Positions 25,002-34,187 are shown, counted from the stretch's first letter. The stretch: 64,000 nucleotides of DNA from Nannocystales bacterium (GCA_050633305.1 JBOEGF010000038.1:1-64000); one strand, 5' to 3'. Notes: generated by a model not told the origin, from the letters alone. A program made the numbers and translations.

Positions 25002-26408
25002 TTAACGCTTTCGCTTCGGCGAGCTGCGCTTGGGTGCAGAGCGAGAGGGTGCAGAGCGCTTGGGTGCAGAGCGCTTGGGTGCGCTGCGCTTGGGTGCGGA
25101 GCGAGAGGGGGCGCTGCGCTTGGGGGCGGAGCGAGAAGGTGCGCTGCGCTTGGGTGCGGACCGCGTCGGGGCGCTGCGTTTGGGTGCGGAGCGGGTCGGG
25201 GCCGAACGCGATGGTTGTGAGCGCTTGGGGGCCGAGCGGGACGGCGTGCTGCGCTTGGGCGTATTGGAGTACGACGAGCCCCACGAGGGCTGCGTGCGCT
25301 TGGGTGCGGAGCGGGTGGGTTGGGGCGACGTTCGGCGTGGTGACGTCGTGGACTTGGTGTTGGTCCGGGTTGCCGGTGACGGGTTGGTCCGAGGTGCGAA
25401 CGCCGGCGCGGGAGCGGTGCGTCGAGGCGCGTTCGCGGCCGGGAGCGTCCCGACCGTGGATGGGGTGCGTCGGACTGCGGGGCTGGTTCGTGTCGCCCGC
25501 GGGTCGACGACGGTGATGCGCTGGCCACTTGCGGTGGTGTAGCCATTGGTCCGCACCGGCGTGCGGGAGGGATTGGCTCGGACACCCCCGTTGCTCGCAA
25601 CGGCGGGTGCAGTGTTGCGGCGTGTGGGACCGTTGTCGGCGAAGCGGGCCGGAGGGTTGGTACGCCTGGCTTTGCCGCGCTCTTCGGCATCGGCGGGGTT
25701 GGTGCGCCGTGGCGTGTTGATCGGCTCGCCCTTGTGGACGGGACCGGTGGAGTTTCCGGGGACGGGGACGGTGGCTCCGGCGTTTCGGGATGGCTTGGGG
25801 TCGCGTCCCGGTCGGCGATCGTTCTGGTGGTAGTGGTGGTGGTGGTGGCTGGCGTGGACCACCGACAGGCCGTAGGCGTGATAGCCGTACATGCCGACGC
25901 CACCCCAGTAGTAGCCCGGACCGTAGTAGCCGACGCCCCACGCGTACGGAGCCCAGGGGTAATACCCGTTCCAGTAGGTGACCAGGGGAGCAGGCGGGCC
26001 GAGGTAGTAACACCAGCCCCAGCCTTCGGACCAATACACGAAGTCGCCGTGCACGTTGTAGTAGGTGCGGCCAGCCCAAGCGACCTCGGGAAACGTCTCG
26101 ATCTCCTCGGGATACGTGTGCACGTACTCGACGACGACGACCTGCTCACCGTTGCTCAGCTCTTCGTAGCCGAGGGCCTCGGGGTACTCGGCCGGGGGCA
26201 GATCGTAACGAACACTCTGCTCGATGTAGACGTCCTGCCGCGGTGATGGCTCGGCGAGCACCGTTCGGGGTGCGCCGCCGTAGATGGTTCCGGGAGCGTT
26301 CAGGACCGGGGCTTGTTCTTTCTTGCCGCACCCCGTTGCCGAGAGCGCGAGACCCAGAAGCGCCACGCCAACCGGCGCGCGCAAGCCACCAACCTTGAAA
26401 AACCGCAC
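25002..26408 (-). CDS. Lipoprotein with Tyr/Trp/Gly-rich core and a very basic xP[K/S/T]RS-repeat tail
   Basis: LALSATGC lipobox; aromatic-rich PWAPYAWGVGYYGPGYYWGG; His run; C-terminal repeats. Start position uncertain. Confidence 0.75.
   Translation of the reverse strand: MRFFKVGGLRAPVGVALLGLALSATGCGKKEQAPVLNAPGTIYGGAPRTVLAEPSPRQDVYIEQSVRYDLPPAEYPEALGYEELSNGEQVVVVEYVHTYPEEIETFPEVAWAGRTYYNVHGDFVYWSEGWGWCYYLGPPAPLVTYWNGYYPWAPYAWGVGYYGPGYYWGGVGMYGYHAYGLSVVHASHHHHHYHQNDRRPGRDPKPSRNAGATVPVPGNSTGPVHKGEPINTPRRTNPADAEERGKARRTNPPARFADNGPTRRNTAPAVASNGGVRANPSRTPVRTNGYTTASGQRITVVDPRATRTSPAVRRTPSTVGTLPAANAPRRTAPAPAFAPRTNPSPATRTNTKSTTSPRRTSPQPTRSAPKRTQPSWGSSYSNTPKRSTPSRSAPKRSQPSRSAPTRSAPKRSAPTRSAPKRSAPSRSAPKRSAPSRSAPKRSAPKRSAPKRSAPSRSAPKRSSPKRKR
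25008..25262 (-). repeat. 17 x 15-nt coding tandem repeat (APKRS/APSRS/APTRS)
   Basis: Units read directly: TPKRS TPSRS APKRS QPSRS APTRS APKRS ... APKRS SPKRK. Confidence 0.92.
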
Positions 26409-26616
26409 GATTCTAAGTGTGTCGGGGAACATGGGCATCAGCAAGTCGACCTCCGGGCCGCCTCCCTCGGCGCCCAAACCGCGGCGCGCGAGACAAGATG
26501 TCAATCTCGACGTGGCGCCCATCTACAAGACGTTGCAACGGCTCGCCGCATTCGAAGGCCGGCCCACGGGGAGTGTTTGACCTCACCTCGCGCGCCGCCG
26601 TACGGTGTTCCGGTCG

Positions 26617-27549
26617 ATGGCAGAGTCCGCGGTTCCAGTCTTGAGTTTCTTGCACGGCACCTACTCGGGCCGCGAGTTTCCGCTGGATGGTGGCGGTGCA
26701 ATTGCCGGACGAAGCTCGGAAGCCGACCTCGTCTTGGCTGACGACGCTGTCAGCCGAAAGCATGTCCGGTTCTTCTCCAAGCGAGGGCGCACCTGGCTCC
26801 GGGACCTAGGTTCCCGCAATGGCACCCACGTCAACGGCAACCCCGTCGAGTTGCACTGTCTCCGCGAGGGCGATCGTCTGCTCGTGGGTTCCAACCTGAT
26901 CGCGGTCGAGTTCAAGGCGCTGGCGGATGTGTCCGAGGCTCGGGCTGGCGAAGCGCCACGGCGGCGTGGCGGCGCCGAGGCTAGCGCCGGCCACTCGATG
27001 GCAGGCAGCATCGAGGAGATCCCCTTGATGGATGTCCTCCAATGGCTTGCCACCAGCCGCAAGACCGGGGCCTTGAAGGTGCGAAACGTCGACAGCGGCC
27101 GCACCGGCGTCATGCAGCTCAAGGAGGGCCTCGTGAACGACGCGGCGATTGAGGGCAATCCACGTCTGCACCCCGAGAAGGCGCTGATGCGCATGCTCAT
27201 GTGGCAGAAGGGCAGCTTCGAGCTCGAGAACATCGACGAAGAGGCCGAAGCACCCAAGCCCCGACTCAACATGTCGCTTGAGCACGTGTTGATGGAAGCC
27301 GCGCGCCAGCAGGACGAGATGGCCGCCCTCGACAAGAAGTACAAGCTGCCCAAGTCGCGGGACCGCGTGACGTTGGTGCGGAAGTCACCGGTGCGGTGGA
27401 GGACGCTGACCGACGAGCAGGTCGACCTCGTCCAGGACATCATCGAGCTCGGTGGTTGGAAGAACGTCTTGGACACTCGCGAGACCGACGACCTTTCGCT
27501 GCACCGACAACTCGCCGCACTAAAAAAGGCCGGCGCCGTCGAGTGGTAG
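26617..27549 (+). CDS. FHA domain plus DUF4388 (PatA_N) protein
   Basis: FHA motifs AGR, VSRKH, DLGSRNGTHVNG; DUF4388 motifs MAGSIEEIPLMDVLQWL...KTGAL, WQKGSFE, VLMEAARQQDE. Confidence 0.9.
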   Translation: MAESAVPVLSFLHGTYSGREFPLDGGGAIAGRSSEADLVLADDAVSRKHVRFFSKRGRTWLRDLGSRNGTHVNGNPVELHCLREGDRLLVGSNLIAVEFKALADVSEARAGEAPRRRGGAEASAGHSMAGSIEEIPLMDVLQWLATSRKTGALKVRNVDSGRTGVMQLKEGLVNDAAIEGNPRLHPEKALMRMLMWQKGSFELENIDEEAEAPKPRLNMSLEHVLMEAARQQDEMAALDKKYKLPKSRDRVTLVRKSPVRWRTLTDEQVDLVQDIIELGGWKNVLDTRETDDLSLHRQLAALKKAGAVEW

Positions 27550-27671
27550 TGAACCGGGGAACCATGGGGGGTGGCCCCCGTGTTCCTCGCTGACGTCTCG
27601 TCTCGAGAGGCGGACCGCGCTTGGACGAGTGTCCTTGGGGGACGTGTGCGTCGGCTCAGGGGTCTGTGCGC

Positions 27672-27697
27672 CAAATCGGAAATCATTTTCCGATTTG
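27672..27697. promoter_or_regulatory. Perfect AT-rich palindrome upstream of the DUF3102-like gene
   Basis: CAAATCGGAAA-TCAT-TTTCCGATTTG: perfect 11-bp arms in a GC-rich background. Confidence 0.65.
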
Positions 27698-27735
27698 AAA
27701 CTGCCCCGAGACTCGTGCCGTGCCACGCTCGCGCT

Positions 27736-28413
27736 GTGGCCCGTTCCCGTACCGCCCCTGCCCGCACCCGCCGACTCGCCAGCCCTGCGACCGGTCCCAC
27801 TGCGGGGTGGCAGTCCGACGCCCGCGTCGTGTCCCTCACCCAGCAGATCAACACCCTCCAGCGCGACGCTTCCCAGCGCGTCGTGAATGCCATCGTCGCG
27901 ATCGGTGGGCGCATCGCAGAAGTTCGCGCCCGTTTGCCGCACGGACAATGGCAGCACTGGGTCGCCGAAGCGGTTCCGTTCACCGCTCGGACCGTGACCA
28001 ACTACATGGCGCTGGCGGCCTGGGCCGACGCGCGCCCGCAAGAGGTCGATCGCTTGGCAGGGTTGGGGCCGAGCAAGTTGTATTTGTTGGCCGGGTTGCC
28101 GCTGGCGTCCCGGCGACGACTGACCTCGTCGCGGGCATTCGCGTTTGCCGATGGGCGCGAGAAGACCGTCGGATTGATGACCGTGCCGGAGTTGGTCGAG
28201 GCGATCGGTGAGGAGCGGGGCTTGGCGATCCCCGAGGCCCGGCCGCCGATCGGGCGCGTGCTTGGAAAGATGCGCCACCGGATCGCTGGGCTGGAGGCGA
28301 TCGTGGAGCAGCTGGGCAATCGCCGCGACGAGGTTGGGGAGGAAGAGGCGTTGGAGATGAGAAACGAGCTGGTCGAGCTGGTGGAAGCGCTCGATGGCGC
28401 GTTTGGCTTGTGA
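27736..28413 (+). CDS. DUF3102-like protein
   Basis: AIVAIGGRIAEVRARLPHGQWQHWV...FTARTVTNYMALA followed by LGPSKLYLLA. GTG start inferred; the frame is open from 27571. Confidence 0.75.
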   Translation: MARSRTAPARTRRLASPATGPTAGWQSDARVVSLTQQINTLQRDASQRVVNAIVAIGGRIAEVRARLPHGQWQHWVAEAVPFTARTVTNYMALAAWADARPQEVDRLAGLGPSKLYLLAGLPLASRRRLTSSRAFAFADGREKTVGLMTVPELVEAIGEERGLAIPEARPPIGRVLGKMRHRIAGLEAIVEQLGNRRDEVGEEEALEMRNELVELVEALDGAFGL

Positions 28414-28423
28414 GGGGCGGGAT

Positions 28424-28678
28424 GGCAGGGTCGCTGATCTTGTTCTGCGACTTGCGGAAGATGAGCCCGAGCAGGCCGGGCTGCTTGCCGAGGCGCTCAA
28501 GGGTTTTACGGTCGTGGACCTCGAGGGCGTCACCGTCCTTCGACAGGAGGGTGGGCCAGTCGTAGCCCATCGGGGATGGGCGAGGGGCGCTTCCACGGGG
28601 GCGCCGTGTACTCGTCGGCCATCTTGAGGAACAGCAGTAGGTGAGCTGCTCGGTGTAGTCGCCGTAGGAGAGCACGCC
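28424..28678 (-). pseudogene. hsdM: Remnant of a type I restriction-modification methyltransferase (HsdM) N-terminal domain
   Basis: Reconstructed across two compensating frameshifts: LSYGDYTEQLTY[L]LFLKMADEYTAPPWKRPSPIPD/GYDWPTLLSKDGDALEVH...LGKQPGLLGLIFRKSQNKISDPA. No start codon and no catalytic domain. Confidence 0.85.
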
Positions 28679-28863
28679 CAGCGCACGTGTCTGGGTTGCT
28701 CGCATCGTACGGCCCGTCGGCTCTGCCGCAAACGGGCCCAGATGGCGCGAGAGGGAGGTTTGGGCTTGGGCGTGTCCCCAAGCTGCTCGCATCGGCGCGG
28801 CTTTTTTTGGCACAGAGTGTCTTGACCGGGTGTCGCGCAGGCTCCTACCATCGACGCTTGGTG

Positions 28864-30834
28864 ATGCGGCATACGACACTGGCTTCTTGGGTGGGATGGT
28901 TGGCGGCTCTTTCGAGCGTGGCTTGTGGGGATGACTCGCCGCCGGCAAACACTGGTTCGTCCAGTGGCGGTGCGGGCAGCAGCACTGGGACAGCCGGAAC
29001 GACCGACGCTGCATCGAGCTCGGAATCTGGTGCGGACGCCAGCAGCACCACAGGGGACCCCGTCCCACGCCTGGTCGGTGTCGCCGATCTACACCTGCAT
29101 ATGTTCGGCGCCGAAGCCTTCGGTGGAGGTTGGCTGCACGGGACGGTGAACGGCGACGAAGAGTCCGCGCTCGGCCCCTGCGACGGTGGTGAGCCCGGGG
29201 ACCACGGACGCCTCAAGGACGACCTCGCGCCCCTGCTCGGTACGTGCCCGGACACGACGGTGGAGGAACTCTCGCAGATGGTCCCGCTGGTCGCGACGAT
29301 CGTGGGTGGTGGCGGCGAGGTGATCGGAGAGTTCATCGCCAACATTCCGGGCAGTCGCGGCGAGACCGGAGAGCACCTCGATCGAACCGGCGGCTTCCCG
29401 GACTACGACGGGTGGCCCCGCTGGGATGCCATCGCCCACCAACAGGTGTGGCAGGGTCATCTCCGCGAGGCCTACGACGACGGCCTCCGCGTGGAGGTGA
29501 TGTCGGCGGTGAGCTTCGACTGGCTTTGTCAGGCGCTTCCCGAGGAGAACGTCACTCGTCCCCAGTGCGACGAGATGGCTGACGTGCTGGTCCAGCTGGA
29601 GATGGCGAACACCTTCGCCGATGAAAACGACTGGGTCGAGGTGGCGCTGACCCCTGCGGACGCTCGGCGCATCGTCGAGGAGGACCGACTTGCCATCATC
29701 CTCAGCATCGAGGCGTCACACATCTTTGGGGATGGGGATTGGGAAGCACAGTTGGATGAGGTCTACGACCTGGGCGTGCGGACCCTTCAGCCCGTGCACC
29801 AACTCGACAACCGCTTCGGGGGCGCGGCTCCACACAACACGATCTTCCAGGTCGCGCAGTATGCCGAGAACTGTCACATCGACACGGACTGCGCGCTGAC
29901 TTCACCCACGGTGACGCTTGGCTTCGACGTGGACGAAGAGTGCCGCAATGTCCTGGGCCTGACCGACGAAGGCGAGGCGCTGGTTCGCGCGATGCTCGAG
30001 CGCGGCATGCTCGTCGATGCAGCGCACCTCAGCGAGCAGTCGGTGCGCGACCTCTTTGCGATCCTCGAGGAGAACGACTACTACCCGTTCTACCTTTCGC
30101 ACGCCCACTTCCGGGAGATCATGACGCCCGACAAGGGCGATCAGGAGAAGACCACGCCGTGGTGGGTCGCTCAGATGGTGCGCCAGACCGGCGGCATGAT
30201 CGGTCTGCGGACCGCGCACGAGGAGACCAGCGGCTACGATTCGTCCCCCGTCGAGAACTCCTGCCAAGGGTCGAGCCGATCGTTCGCGCAGGCCTACGAC
30301 TTCGGTCGCCTCGGTCTGGGTGTTGCCATGGGGCTTGGCTCCGACCTCAACGGCTTCATTCAGCAGACGCGGCCGCGATTCGGCCCGCAAGCGTGCTCGG
30401 CCTCGTTCCCCGAGGAGGCACGGTGTCAGGCCAAGACCGAGCGCGAGAGCGGAGTCGCAGGCCTCGGCACGGACTTCGACGACAAGGGCATGGCCCACAT
30501 GGGTGTCGTGCTGGACCTGATCGATGACCTCGAGGCGCTGGGCACCGACGTTGAGCCGCTGCGGACCTCGGCCGACGATTGGGTCACCATGTGGGAGCGC
30601 GCCGTGGACACCCGCAGTGGGATGGCCGACCCCGCAGATGACATGGACGTCTCGGGCGTGACGGTGCTGCCTGCACACGGCATCCGTCGTCAGGACTACC
30701 CGACCGAATGCGACATCACGTACTGCGAGGGCGGTACGCTCAGCGGTGAGGAGTGTCGCTTCGACGCCGAGTGCGAGAGCGGGACCTGTGTCGACGCTGG
30801 CAAATGCGGAACCCCGCGCGGCACCTGCGAGTGA
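28864..30834 (+). CDS. Lipoprotein amidohydrolase, membrane-dipeptidase-like (sphingolipid ceramide N-deacylase-like), with Cys-rich tail
   Basis: SSVAC lipobox; ADLHLHMFG, HQQ, SIEAS, PVHQLDNRFGG, GLTDEG, VDAAHLS, SHAH, GSDLNG, GMAHMG. Confidence 0.8.
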   Translation: MRHTTLASWVGWLAALSSVACGDDSPPANTGSSSGGAGSSTGTAGTTDAASSSESGADASSTTGDPVPRLVGVADLHLHMFGAEAFGGGWLHGTVNGDEESALGPCDGGEPGDHGRLKDDLAPLLGTCPDTTVEELSQMVPLVATIVGGGGEVIGEFIANIPGSRGETGEHLDRTGGFPDYDGWPRWDAIAHQQVWQGHLREAYDDGLRVEVMSAVSFDWLCQALPEENVTRPQCDEMADVLVQLEMANTFADENDWVEVALTPADARRIVEEDRLAIILSIEASHIFGDGDWEAQLDEVYDLGVRTLQPVHQLDNRFGGAAPHNTIFQVAQYAENCHIDTDCALTSPTVTLGFDVDEECRNVLGLTDEGEALVRAMLERGMLVDAAHLSEQSVRDLFAILEENDYYPFYLSHAHFREIMTPDKGDQEKTTPWWVAQMVRQTGGMIGLRTAHEETSGYDSSPVENSCQGSSRSFAQAYDFGRLGLGVAMGLGSDLNGFIQQTRPRFGPQACSASFPEEARCQAKTERESGVAGLGTDFDDKGMAHMGVVLDLIDDLEALGTDVEPLRTSADDWVTMWERAVDTRSGMADPADDMDVSGVTVLPAHGIRRQDYPTECDITYCEGGTLSGEECRFDAECESGTCVDAGKCGTPRGTCE

Positions 30835-30921
30835 TCGCTGCGCGGTGATGGGGGGCTCCGCTACGTCGCCGCACTTCTCCGATGCAACGGGTATCGCGAA
30901 CGTAGCCGGGCGCCCTATGCT

Positions 30922-31521
30922 GTGGCTGTGGCACCTCCGGCAGTTGTAGACGAGTGGGCGGAATCGGCGGCTTCCTGGGACGACGACCCCCACGTGCAGG
31001 CCTATGCCGAGGCCGCGTTGCGCACTTTGCTGGAGGTCTGCCGCAACGAGAATCTCTCAGTGGGTCAAGCTCGGGTGCTGGACTTCGGCTGTGGCACGGC
31101 GCGACTGGGACGGGCGCTCGCCCAGCAGGGTGCCGACGTTGTCGCCTTCGACACATCTCCGGCGATGCTCGACCAACTCCGAGCCCGGCTCACTGCGGAT
31201 GGTCCTGCGACCGTCACGCCGGTTTCAGCATTGACCGAGGAGCACCGGGACTTCGACTTGATCGTCGCCTCCTCGGTTCTGGGCTTTGTCCCTGACCTCA
31301 CCGCCTCCGTCGGCGATCTGGCCGCACGGCTGAAGCCGGGCGGCCTGCTCGTCCAATGGGATTGGGAGGCGAAGACCGGCGATGACGACGGCCTCACGCC
31401 TCGCGCCATCGAGGACGCCTACGCTGACGCAGGCTTGGCGTTGCGATCGTTGGAGACTGGCTTTGTGGCAGATGTCGAGGGCACCGCGATGGCGCCGCTG
31501 ATGGGCGTCGCGCGTCGGTGA
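30922..31521 (+). CDS. Class I SAM-dependent methyltransferase
   Basis: W...A..WD, VLDFGCGTARL, FDTSPAML, FDLIVASSVL, LKPGGLLVQWDW. Confidence 0.88.
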   Translation: MAVAPPAVVDEWAESAASWDDDPHVQAYAEAALRTLLEVCRNENLSVGQARVLDFGCGTARLGRALAQQGADVVAFDTSPAMLDQLRARLTADGPATVTPVSALTEEHRDFDLIVASSVLGFVPDLTASVGDLAARLKPGGLLVQWDWEAKTGDDDGLTPRAIEDAYADAGLALRSLETGFVADVEGTAMAPLMGVARR

Positions 31522-31533
31522 CCGGCGCCAATC

Positions 31534-31950
31534 TCAACGCTCCTTGGCGTCGGACACCGACAACAGCCACTCCTCTGCGAGCACCGCCGATGAGAAGTCG
31601 CGGCCATACAACGGAGCGTGTTCGGCCAGCGTTCTCTGGATCTGAAGCCCTTGCACCACACTCGCGGGGAGGACTGCGACTGGCGTTCGCCCTTGCTCGA
31701 AGGCTGCGAACGCGAGGCATAAGACCCGTTGCGTGCGTGGGCCCGAAAACGGTGGCGACTTCCGAATGTCCAACAACAACGAGCGGACTTCGGGGTCCTC
31801 GGCGAGGGCCCGGAAGTGCACGAGCATGTCCTCGGCAGACTGAGCACCCGCGTTGGAATCGAGGTCGCGTCGTCGCCATACCGTGCAGCGGGCTCGCCCC
31901 TTGACGAGCTCGAACCGGTAGTTGTCTCCCTCCGCGTACGACACGCTCAC
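31534..31950 (-). CDS. Hypothetical protein (STAS/SEC14-like, tentative)
   Basis: GAGGA RBS before GTG 31950; LLLDIRKSPPFSGP and C-terminal AEEWL. Confidence 0.65.
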   Translation of the reverse strand: MSVSYAEGDNYRFELVKGRARCTVWRRRDLDSNAGAQSAEDMLVHFRALAEDPEVRSLLLDIRKSPPFSGPRTQRVLCLAFAAFEQGRTPVAVLPASVVQGLQIQRTLAEHAPLYGRDFSSAVLAEEWLLSVSDAKER

Positions 31951-32284
31951 ATCGTCCTCGCGCGGCCGGACCAAGCCGCCAGCCCAACATACGGATTTTC
32001 TCACAGCCTGTGCACAGCCGGTGAGTCGGTTGCCGGCCTGTCGTCTTGAACCCCCGGGTACTCACTTGGGTCAGGCTGCCTCACTACCCAGAAGCCACGT
32101 CGAAACGGTGTTGGTCGGCGCGTTCTCGGTCCTCCGCCACTGCGCTCGAGCCGTCGGCTGACCACAATAAAAAGGTGGTTGTCTCGGTCTGCTTGGACTC
32201 ACGATTCGCCGGTGGCGGGCCGGGTTGTGTTGAGTCCTCCAGGCACGTTCCCCTTCCACAAATGTGGGCTGTTCCATTTGGCGG

Positions 32285-32422
32285 TTACCGGCCGTACTTG
32301 CGCTGAAGTCGATCCGCGGTGTCCTGCTCCGCCCTACCCGTGATGGGGAGGTCCTCATCGACCTGTAACGATCGCAGTGCCCGCGCCGTCCAACGTCGAG
32401 CGTCACAGTTGACGGCTCCGGA
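32285..32422 (-). pseudogene. Degraded C-terminal peptidoglycan-binding domain fragment
   Basis: GAVNCDARRWTARALRSLQVDEDLPITGRAEQDTADRLQRKYGR* resembles PG_binding_1 (T..AL..FQ...LP.TG..D..T...L); no intact upstream gene. Confidence 0.45.
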
Positions 32423-32520
32423 CCTGGCCGCGGATGGCGGCACGGGTCTTGAGGTCGGGCGAAAGACGTCGCGGTCACTCGCTTCGACTCTCACCTGCCT
32501 GGGCGTCGGGGATGTGTCCT

Positions 32521-32556
32521 TTGCAGCTCCATGCAATGCAATGCATGGAGCGGCAA
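32521..32556. terminator. Strong hairpin downstream of the 32601 gene
   Basis: TTGC-A-GCTCCATGCA-ATGCAA-TGCATGGAGC-G-GCAA. Confidence 0.45.
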
Positions 32557-32600
32557 CCCGCTTGGGAGACACGCCAGCGTGCCAGTCGAGGACTGGACGT

Positions 32601-32900
32601 TTACCCGCCGCAACAGACGGAGCCTTCGACTCCGATCGGTCCGCCTTCTTCGGCGGTAATCCTGGCGGTCGGAGGCTCGCCGTTGCTCTCGCAAACGTAG
32701 TCCGGCTTGAAGATGGCACCATCACCGATGTCGCCGACGACGTTGCCTCCTGCCGCCTCACACTCGGCTGCACTTTGGCTCGCTTCAGGTCCGCCGTTGC
32801 CCGTGGGAAGGCCGTCCGGGTTGCCGGGTTGGTCGGGCGGCGGGGTCGCGGCGGGTTTGCAAGCGACCAGGAACAGAAGGGCGAAGGACAGGCGCTTCAT
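32601..32900 (-). CDS. Small Cys-containing lipoprotein
   Basis: MKRLSFALLFLVAC lipobox; C...GG module; ends with VCCGG. Confidence 0.8.
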   Translation of the reverse strand: MKRLSFALLFLVACKPAATPPPDQPGNPDGLPTGNGGPEASQSAAECEAAGGNVVGDIGDGAIFKPDYVCESNGEPPTARITAEEGGPIGVEGSVCCGG

Positions 32901-32933
32901 GGCGACGACCTTCGCCCATCTGGACGGATATCG

Positions 32934-34187
32934 CTACCGCCGACGGCGATAGACTCCGGCGAAGCCAAGCAGCAGCAACCATGCGTTCGGGAGGTCGCGG
33001 CCCCCCGCGGAGCATCCTCCGCCGCCGTCGTCTTGGCCGGGGTCGCCGTCGGTATCGGAGCCGGAACCCGCGGAGTCGGAGCCACCATTGTCGGTATCAG
33101 AGCCGTCGCTGTCGGAGTCGGAGCCACCGGAGTCGGAGTCAGAGTCGGAGTCGGAGTCGGAGTCAGAGTCAGAGTCGGAGCCGCCGCTGTCCGTGTCGGA
33201 GCCGCCGCCGTCTGTGTCCGTGCCTCCATCGTCATAGGGCGTGCAGTTCTCGAGGTCCCACGAGAAATCGTCCTCGCTCTCGCAGGTGTACGCGTCTCCT
33301 TCGCAGTTGGCCTCGAGCTCGGCCGCAACGTCGACGACCTGCTTGCCGACGCCGTCGGGGTTGCCACCGTCCACCGTGACTGCATCGCTGACCAAGCTGC
33401 TGCCGTCGATGAGGCTCGTGATCCGCACTTGGACTTCGAACACGGCTGCTCGACTCACGCCCCAGTCGAGGGGGCCCAGCCCGTCGTTGCTGTGGACGAC
33501 TTCGCCGTCGATCAAGTACTCGATCGCGACACTGGGCCCGAGGTTTGTGGGCAGCGCACCGACGGTGACCGAGCCCGTGGCGTAGCCCGTGCCCGAAGGC
33601 GCGACGCAGAAGCCGGGGCCGGAAAAACTGGGGGTGTTGCAGCTGTCGACGTTGATGGTTCCATCGTCGCAGCAGACGGCGGTGTCGAAGTCGACGTCCT
33701 CAGCAAACCAGTAGTCGGTGCCGACGTCGACGGAGGGGAGCTCGAGTGCAGGCAGGGTCTCGTCCAGAACCGTGACCGTCGTCTCTCCGCCGGCTGAGGC
33801 TCCGCACTGCTGGATGTCGTCGGGGTCGGCCTCGATGCTCACCGAAACGCTCAGCGAACTCCCGGCCAGCAGCGGCGCGTCGGGTCGCCAGAAGTACTCG
33901 CCCGCGGCGTGTTCGATGGTGCCGGACAGCTCGACGTCTTCATCCTGCACGACCACGGTCATTCGGGCGATGGCGTCTTGTGGCGAGAGCGCATCGGGGG
34001 CGCCTTGTTGGGAACTCAGGAGGAGGACGCCGTCGGTGGTCACTGTCTCGTGCGCAACCCGCAGCGTGCTGAACTCCGCGGAATCGGCACACGGATCGAT
34101 CGAGCAGGCGTGAGCGGTGGACGGAGCCAGGGCGAGGGCACCCACCGTCGCGACAGCACCCAAGGAGATCAAGCGAAGCAAAGCCAT
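32934..34187 (-). CDS. Secreted surface protein with Ser-Asp repeat stalk and MYXO-CTERM anchor
   Basis: AHA signal peptidase site; DSDSDS... stalk; C-terminal GGGCSAGG...AWLLLLGFAGVYRRRR. Confidence 0.85.
   Translation of the reverse strand: MALLRLISLGAVATVGALALAPSTAHACSIDPCADSAEFSTLRVAHETVTTDGVLLLSSQQGAPDALSPQDAIARMTVVVQDEDVELSGTIEHAAGEYFWRPDAPLLAGSSLSVSVSIEADPDDIQQCGASAGGETTVTVLDETLPALELPSVDVGTDYWFAEDVDFDTAVCCDDGTINVDSCNTPSFSGPGFCVAPSGTGYATGSVTVGALPTNLGPSVAIEYLIDGEVVHSNDGLGPLDWGVSRAAVFEVQVRITSLIDGSSLVSDAVTVDGGNPDGVGKQVVDVAAELEANCEGDAYTCESEDDFSWDLENCTPYDDGGTDTDGGGSDTDSGGSDSDSDSDSDSDSDSDSGGSDSDSDGSDTDNGGSDSAGSGSDTDGDPGQDDGGGGCSAGGRDLPNAWLLLLGFAGVYRRRR
33130..33180 (-). repeat. Hexamer repeat encoding Ser-Asp dipeptides
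   Basis: (GAGTCR)n run on the + strand. Confidence 0.85.

Noticed and set aside
25008..25262. Possible CRISPR or non-coding repeat array
   Set aside because: The 15-nt units have no spacers and are in frame within a CDS.
27980..29068. 362-aa minus-strand ORF as a real gene
   Set aside because: Only the central hsdM-derived part is protein-like; the rest overlaps real plus-strand genes.
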